From Mantamonas sphyraenae STR306 (taxonomy: Eukaryota; Protista; CRuMs), in the NCBI GenBank assembly GCA_026936335.1, contig JAPMXV010000046.1:374743-438742 (forward strand): a stretch of DNA of 64,000 nt. The letters are read 5' to 3'. Position 1 is the first letter of the stretch. Every line of letters begins with the position of its first letter. The position numbers and the translations under genes were made by a program. The notes under the pieces were generated by a model, which saw nothing but the letters and a program-made list of their open reading frames with translations, did no database searches and was not told the origin of the DNA. This document shows positions 57,696 through 64,000 of this stretch, piece after piece.

Positions 57696-59929
57696 ATGAG
57701 CTTAAACGAAGATGAATGGGTGGAATTGTTGCAGAGCGGGGACCATGGGCAGATTGTGGAAGCTTTGGAGGCGGAGGGAACGGTGAGTTGGCGGAAAGAA
57801 ATCGAGAGGGAGTTTTGGTTGATCGTCGCACAAGGGGAAGGGAAGGAGGGATGGGGGTAGGGTGGATGTGATGGTGAGTACGCAGGGTGGAACGTGTGTT
57901 GACACAACACACACAGAAATTGGACGTTCGAAGTACTGAGCTGGGAGACAAAGAAGCAGTGGCACTTGCGCGGGCACTCGCTCAGAACGGCAGCTTGCAG
58001 ACACTGATCCTCGACAGCAACAGGATCGAGGCAGAAGGGGCAGCAGCACTGGCGCAGGCACTGAGTGAGAACAGCAGCTTGCAGACACTGAGTCTCTGGG
58101 ACAACAGCCTCGGGGACAAAGGAGTTGCGGCACTGGCACAGGGACTGGGCGAGAACAGCAGCTTGCAGACACTACACCTCGGAAACAACAGCATCGGGGC
58201 AGAAGGCGCAGCAGCTCTGGGGCAGGGACTGAGTGAGAACAGCAGGTTGCAGACACTGGACCTCGGCGACAATAGCATCGGGGCAGAAGGCGCAGCAGCA
58301 CTGGCGCAGGGACTGAGTGAGAACAGCAGCTTGCAGAGACTGGAACTCGACAGCAACGACATCGGGGTAGAAGGCGCAGCGGAACTCGGTCAGGCCCTAA
58401 GTGCGAACAGCAGCTTGCAGATACTGATGCTCGGACACAACAGCATCGGGGCTGAAGGAGCAGCAGCACTTGGGCAGGGACTGAGTGAGAACAGCAGCTT
58501 GCAGACACTGCACCTTGTTAGCAACAACTTTGGGGACAAAGGCACAGCAGCCCTGCGGCAGGGGCTAAGTGAGAACAGCAGCTTACAGACGCTGTACCTT
58601 GGACGTAATAGCATCGGGGCAGAAGGAGCAGCCGCACTGGGGCAGGCCCTCTGTGAGAACAGCAGCTTGCAAACACTGTACCTTGGTAGCAACAACGTCG
58701 GGGCACAAGGCGCAGCAGGACTTGCGCTGGCACTGTATGGGAACACGACCTTGCAGACGCTGAGCCTCTTCCAAAACAGCATCGGGGCAGAAGGAGCTGC
58801 AGCACTGGCGCAGGCACTGAATGAGAACAGCAGCTTGCAGACGTTGAACCTCTGGGACAACAGCATCGGGGCAGAAGGCACAGCAGCACTTGCGCAGGCA
58901 CTGAGTGGGAGCAGTCGCCTGCGGACACTGTACCTCGACAGCAACAGCATCGGAGCAGAGGGCGCAGCAGCACTGGGGCGGGCACTGAGTGAGAACAGCA
59001 GCTTGCAGACGCTGCACCTCGAAAACAACAGCATCGGGGACGAAGGAGCAGCAGCACTGGGGAAGGCACTGAGTGAGAACACCTGCATGCAGACACTGTA
59101 CCTCGAGGGGAACGACATCGGGGCAAACGGTGCTGCAGCACTTGCGCAGGGACTGAGGGAGAACAGCGGCTTGCATACACTGAGTCTCTGGGACAACAGC
59201 ATCGGGACAGAAGGAGCAGCAGCACTCGGGCAAGCACTGAGTGCGAACAACAGCGTGCAGACCCTGAACATCGATGACAACACCATTGGAGTACAGGGAG
59301 CAGAAGCTCTTGCTCAGGCGATGAATGGCAATCGGTCCTGCTGGAAAGTGTACGGCGTTCGCAATGACGCGTTGCGGTCGCTGGTGGAGAGAAACAAGAA
59401 GCAGCATGTGCAGTTTGTGGAGTGTGGGGACGTGGAGAAGATGAGAGAGTTGAGAGAGTGGGGTGTGCCTGTGGACACATTTGCAGGGGAGAGAGGGAGG
59501 AAGAATGCGCTGGAGAGGGCTGTGAAGGGAGGGGAGGAGAGGTTGGTCGAGGTGTTGCGGGCGTGGGGTGCGCAGCCGAGGATGGAAACGGTGGCGATCG
59601 TGAGGGAGGAAGGGTGGAGAAAGGCGTGGCATTGGATTGGATGGGGTGGACAGGTGGAGGAGGCGATGGAGGTGGCATTGGTGATGAATGGGGAGGAGAG
59701 GGAGGCGATGTTTGCGTGTGGAGGGATGGAGGAGTATGTGGAGGAGGGAGGGTGGGAGGGGTGGGTGACGCTGCCAGATGAGGTGATGGAGAGGGTGATT
59801 GGGTGGGTGGGGAGGGGTGCTGCACCGGCAAGGGTCGCTGTGGGGAAGTCAGGGGAGACGAGGAAGCGAGGGAGAGATGAGGAGGAAGGGGAGGTGGAGG
59901 AAAAGAGGCACCGTGTGGAAGAGAGGTGA
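57696..59929 (+). CDS. RI/NLRC3-type LRR protein copy 2 (17 x 28-aa repeats) with ankyrin-like and F-box-like C-terminus and basic tail
   Basis: Exon 1 57696-57782, intron 57783-57916. Same architecture as copy 1; tail WVTLPDEVMERVIGWVG..RKRGR..EKRHRVEER. Confidence 0.85.
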
Positions 59930-60000
59930 ACAGTGGGGTGTGATCAGCATGAGGAATGTACGTTCTTTTGAAGGGATAGGGGTCGAGTGGGGCAAAGGGT

Positions 60001-63000
60001 TCATTCGAGGCGTTGGCGTTGGAGGAGGAGGAGGAGGAGGAGAAGGAGGAGGATGAAGGGTCTTTGCGCTTGGGAAGGGTGAAGGAGGGGATGGGGTAGG
60101 CGTTGACGAGTGCGGTGGTGGTGGGGCGTGTGGTGATGTGGGGTGTGATGCGGTCGATGAGGGTGTGGAGGAGGGTGTGCAGTGTGGCGTCGCTGGGTTT
60201 GGGGATGTCGAGCCAGGCGATCTTGAGGGAGAGGGCGGTGACGCCGCGAGTGAGGGTGTTGCTGATGGCAACTTGAACCTGCTGGTAGGTGACGTGGGGC
60301 CTGAGGAGGCGGACAAAGAAGGCCAGGTCGGCAGGCGGCACGCCAACGTTGCCCAGCGCCAGGATGATGTGTCGCACCAGGGACACCAGGCTGCCGTTGT
60401 TGACCAGCTCACGAAGTTTACGGTTCTCGAGTGCGTACTGATGGCGAGGGTGCTTGGCTGCGCGTGCCTTCATGTGTGCCAGCAGCGTCTGGAACTCCCG
60501 CGCCGTGCAGCTGCTCCGCTCGTCGTTGTGCACGTGTGTGCTCCAGCCACTGCGCATCGGCTCTGGATGCCACGTTTCCACCTTGGTGGTGGTGAGGTGG
60601 TGGTCGTAGTCGCATTGTGTCCAGTGTGGGTCGCTGTCGTTGTCAGCAGGGCGTCGTGCTTTCTGCAGCCACAGCTGGGTCTGCTTGTGCTCCTTCCATG
60701 TGGTGGGCTGGGACCTGTTGCAAAGTGTGTCCATCTCTGTCATGAGCATGTGGAGGAGAGCGTAGTTGGGGTCGCCGTGGTCGTGCGGTTCCTCCAGCCA
60801 GCACACCTTCAACCCAGCCTTGGTCACACCCATGGCCAGACCAGCGTTGTCGATGGCAAGGCTGCACGCGCGTTGATCCATGTCACGGCCGAGAAGGGTG
60901 AGGCAGAAGGCCATGTCGCCCTGGGATAGGGGAATGTTGCCCAGAGCGAGCTGAATCTGTCGGACCAGCGTCAACGTGGTGCCATGGCAGACCACAACAC
61001 GTGCCTGCAGGGTCATGATGTCGGGGATGTCGTCGATGGGATGCTCGTTGGCCAGGGTGTGCATGTGGTTCAGCAGTGCCGTGTGCTCCTTCATGTTGCT
61101 GTGGCTGCGCTCGTCACTGCGCCAGTACGTCCAGCCACTGCGCACAACACCATCTGGCAGTCCATCCTCCACGGCCATCTTCTCCTCCTCTGTGGGCTCT
61201 GGAAGATCAAGTTTGGGGATGCGGAGGGCGTTGACGGCGACGACGGTGGTGGGACGGGTGGTGATGTGGGGTGTGATGCGGTCGATGAGGAGGTGGAGGA
61301 GGGTGTGCAGTGTGGCGTCGCTGGGTTTGGGGTTGTCGAGCCAGGCGATCTTGAGGGAAAGGGAGGTGACGCCGCGGGTGAGGGTGTTGCTGATGGCAAC
61401 TTGAACCTGCTGGTAGGTGAGGTGGGGCCTGAGGAGGCGGACAAAGAAGGCCAGGTCGACAGGCGGCACGCCAACGTTGCCCAGCGCCAGGATGATGTGT
61501 CGCAGCAGGGACAGCTTGCTGCCGTTGTTGATCAGCTCACGCAGTGCATGATGCTCGGGTGCATGCTGATGGCGAGGGTGCTTGGCTGCACGTGCCTTCA
61601 TGTGTGCCAGTAGCATCTGGAACTCCCGCGCCGTGCAGATGCCACGCTCGTCGCTGGGCGAGGCACTGCACCAGCCACTGCGCACAGACTCAGGATGCCA
61701 ATCGTCCATCTCGGTGGTGGAGAGGTGGTGGTCGTAGTCGCATTGTGTCCAGTGTGGGTCGCTGTCGTTGTCAGCAGGTCGTCGTGCTTTCTGCAGGCAC
61801 AGCTGGGTCTGCTTGTGCTCCTTCCAGGTGGTGGGATGGGGCCTGTTGCCAAGAGTGTCCATCTCTGTCATGAGCAGGTGGAGGAGGGCGTAGTTGGGGT
61901 CGCCGTGGTCGTGTGGCTCCTCCAGCCAGCACACCTTCAACCCAGCCTTTGTCACACCCATGGCCAGACCAGCGTCATGGATGGTACTGCTGCATGCCTG
62001 TTGATCAACTTTACGACCGAGAAGGGTGAGGCAGAAGGCCATGTCGCCCTTGGAGAGGGGAATGTTGCCCAGAGCGAGCTGAATCTGTCGGACGAGCGTG
62101 TTCAGCGTGCCATGACAGACCACAACACGCGCCTGGAGGTTCATGAGGTCTGGGATGTCGTCGATGGGATGGTCGTTGGTCAGGTTGTGCATGTGCTTCA
62201 GCAGTGCCGTGTGCTCCTTCGTGTTGCTGTGGCTGCGGTCGTCACTGTGTCCTGCTGTCCACCCTTTGCGCAAAACGCCATCTGGCAACTTGTTCGTCTT
62301 GTCTTCGCTTGCTGTCTTCCGTGCGCCGTTGTCTCCGTTCCCGGCCCTCCTTGCCTGTGTGCTCGACGTTCCTGTCTCTGTGCCACTGCCAGCCGTGACC
62401 CTGAGCCTGCGTCCGTTGCCTTCCATCTTCTGTGGACCAGTACGACGGTTGATATGGCCTCTGCGTCGTCGTGTGCGGCCTCTACTTGTGCGTCTCGGTT
62501 GCCATTCGTCCGTGTCCTCTTGCTCCATGTCGTCTGCGTCGTCGTCGCTGTCGTCTTGCGGCATGTACCCCTCATCCATGGCACCGCCAGTGTCTGCAAC
62601 GCTTAGTGGGCCCTGAGTTTCCAACTCGTCCTCAACGTGCTGCTGGGTTGCGTCGTTTGCCTCACCGTCTTCTTCATACGCCTCCATCCCTGAGCTGGTC
62701 ATCCACTCTGAGTTGCTGGAGATTGACAGTGGTTCACGATGGCCAAAGTTCAGGAACATCAGGTCCTCCACGTCGCCGGTGTCTTGTGTGTCCTGGTCTG
62801 CGTCGTCGTCGTCGCTGTCTCCAGTCTGCCGTGTGGCCTGGTGGGAGGACGACGATGATGTGGTGGTGGATGTGGTCCGTGTGATGCCGACAAAGGCAGG
62901 GCTGATGCGTTTGGGGACGCGGTTGTGGTTTGTGGTGGGTTGAGCAGACGGAGGGTGCAACGGAGGCTGAGCGAAGTGCATCTGCGCGGTTTGTTGCGGC

Positions 63001-63574
63001 TGAGGAGGAGGCGGAGGAGGGTAGGCGTAGTGTGGATGGTGATGGCCGTATGCGGAGTGCTGCTGGAGGTGGGTGTTGACAGGGACCCAGATGATGGGTG
63101 GTTGTGGGTGCTGGTACGGGTTTGGTACGCCAGAGGCGGGCAGCATGTTCGGAAACGGCTGGGCAGCCATGGGAGGGACCATGTACGCGTAGCTGTGGGG
63201 AGACGCGGAGGGGCAAGGCGGGGTGGGAACGGTGAGCGGAAGGCGGAATGGACGCCGTTAGAGCAGAAGCAGGGGTGGAGGGAGGCTGGAACGAGCAAAG
63301 AGGGAAAACGGAGGAGATTGGCAGACCGGGAAACTGGCAACGAGGAGGGCAGTGACAGGGGAGAGGGGATCGGAGAAGAGCGGAGAAGGCAGCAGCGGGG
63401 GTGACGGGGAAGTGGAGATGCAGGGGAGGAGTGCAGGGAAGCAACGGAGGCATGGCCGAGGCAAGGAAGCGGGAGAAGCGGGCAGTCAGAAAACGGAGTG
63501 GAAGGCAGAACGCACGCTGGGTAGGTGTTGGGTGTGTGTTGTTGCTTCGGGGTGCTTGAGTAGTCCTTGCCCAT
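60001..63574 (-). CDS. Telomere-adjacent hypothetical, probably nuclear, protein with P/Q/H-rich N-terminus and four copies (ABAB) of an unrecognised domain
   Basis: Exon 1 63574-63516, intron 63515-63193 (GTGCGT..ACAG), joining in frame to MVPPM at 63182. True stop inferred at 60003-60001 (..KRQRLE*, one A missing at ~60020, by comparison with 57316). Basic NLS-like clusters present. Confidence 0.7.
60075..62290. repeat. Intragenic direct repeat, period 1128 bp (376 aa), two copies
   Basis: Markers tctggca at 61153/62281 and cattgtgtccagtgtgggtc at 60613/61741 are both 1128 bp apart. Confidence 0.9.
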
Positions 63575-63843
63575 GGTGGTGGTGGTGGTGGTTGAGTGTA
63601 TGTGGATTGTGTTGGACTGGTGGAGGGTGTTGTGGGTGTTGGTGATACTTTGGTTGAAGGCGGATGGGCAGTGCTGACTGCGCGGCGTTGCAGAACAACG
63701 GCCATTCACCAGCGACAATTCCACTCCCACCCACTGCCCACTGCCCCCTGTCACCACCCAACTCAGTCACCCCTACAGCAAACTCAAGCACAACTCGACC
63801 AACCTAGACCGGACTAATCTTATCAACGACAAAAACTATCATA

Positions 63844-64000
63844 GGTTAGGGTTAGGGTTAGGGTTAGGGTTAGGGTTAGGGTTAGGGTTAGGGTTAGGGT
63901 TAGGGTTAGGGTTAGGGTTATGAGGTTAGGGTTAGGGTTAGGGTTAGGGTTAGGGTTAGGTTAGGGTTAGGGTTAGGGTAGGGTTAGGGTTAGGGTTAGG
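63844..64000 (+). repeat. Telomeric (TTAGGG)n array marking the chromosome end
   Basis: About 26 TTAGGG units to the window end with the G-rich strand running toward the end; two imperfect units (~63918, ~63979). Confidence 0.97.

Larger units (their letters stand above)
55430..60030 (+). repeat. Tandem segmental duplication (unit 1 ~55430-57345; unit 2 ~57436-60030)
   Basis: Near-identical sequence starting aggtggacagattgtgaacagagattggg at 55430 and 57436, covering upstream region, exon 1, intron and LRR CDS. Both units end in ggttcattcgaggcg-tggcgtt-ggagga. Confidence 0.9.

Noticed and set aside
55960-59300. Regularly spaced conserved repeats with variable intervals, superficially like a CRISPR array
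   Set aside because: The period is 84 bp, in frame, and encodes LRRs; the intervals are homologous to each other; no cas genes; eukaryotic context.
58518-60000. C-terminal ~490 aa of the 1554-aa ORF 58518-63182
   Set aside because: Antisense read-through of LRR copy 2 caused by a probable missing A at ~60020; the homologous remnant at 57316 shows the stop at 60001.
63915-63985. Variant telomeric units (TTATGAGG, TAGGG)
   Set aside because: Isolated; cannot be distinguished from sequencing error or ordinary telomerase slippage.
1-64000. tRNA/rRNA genes, transposons or an integrated virus
   Set aside because: No cloverleaf or rRNA-like segment, transposase/RT/integrase/capsid motif or terminal repeat was recognised by eye; small ncRNAs in introns cannot be excluded without Infernal or tRNAscan.

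Overview
This window is the end of a chromosome from a very compact eukaryote, most likely a flagellated protist; the species cannot be determined from the sequence. It ends in (TTAGGG)n telomeric repeats from ~63844. About 26 protein-coding genes with short GT-AG introns are packed with intergenic gaps mostly under 200 bp. Recognisable genes are an ACOT9-like thioesterase, FIBP, RINT1, FOP/CEP43, a lebercilin-like protein, OGFOD1, an Lgl/tomosyn-like protein, a RhoGAP, a ZIP zinc transporter, COPS4, RRP9 and a biotin-protein ligase. Most notable: (1) two tandem subtelomeric LRR genes built from 84-bp modules with a constant framework and hypervariable concave-face codons, differing in module number (11 vs 17) and ending in an ankyrin-like plus F-box-like tail, a candidate diversifying recognition/ubiquitination system; (2) a telomere-adjacent gene with four copies of an unrecognised domain; (3) an intronless 2463-aa orphan ORF whose first ATG overlaps the RRP9 stop codon (ATGA); (4) an RWD-like x3/inactive UBC/UFD1/Zn-finger fusion; (5) a gustatory-receptor-like 7TM protein; (6) two paralogous ~11-TM proteins I do not recognise. 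About eight frame breaks inside otherwise intact genes are most likely assembly indels. All family assignments are from motif recognition by eye; no database searches were run.
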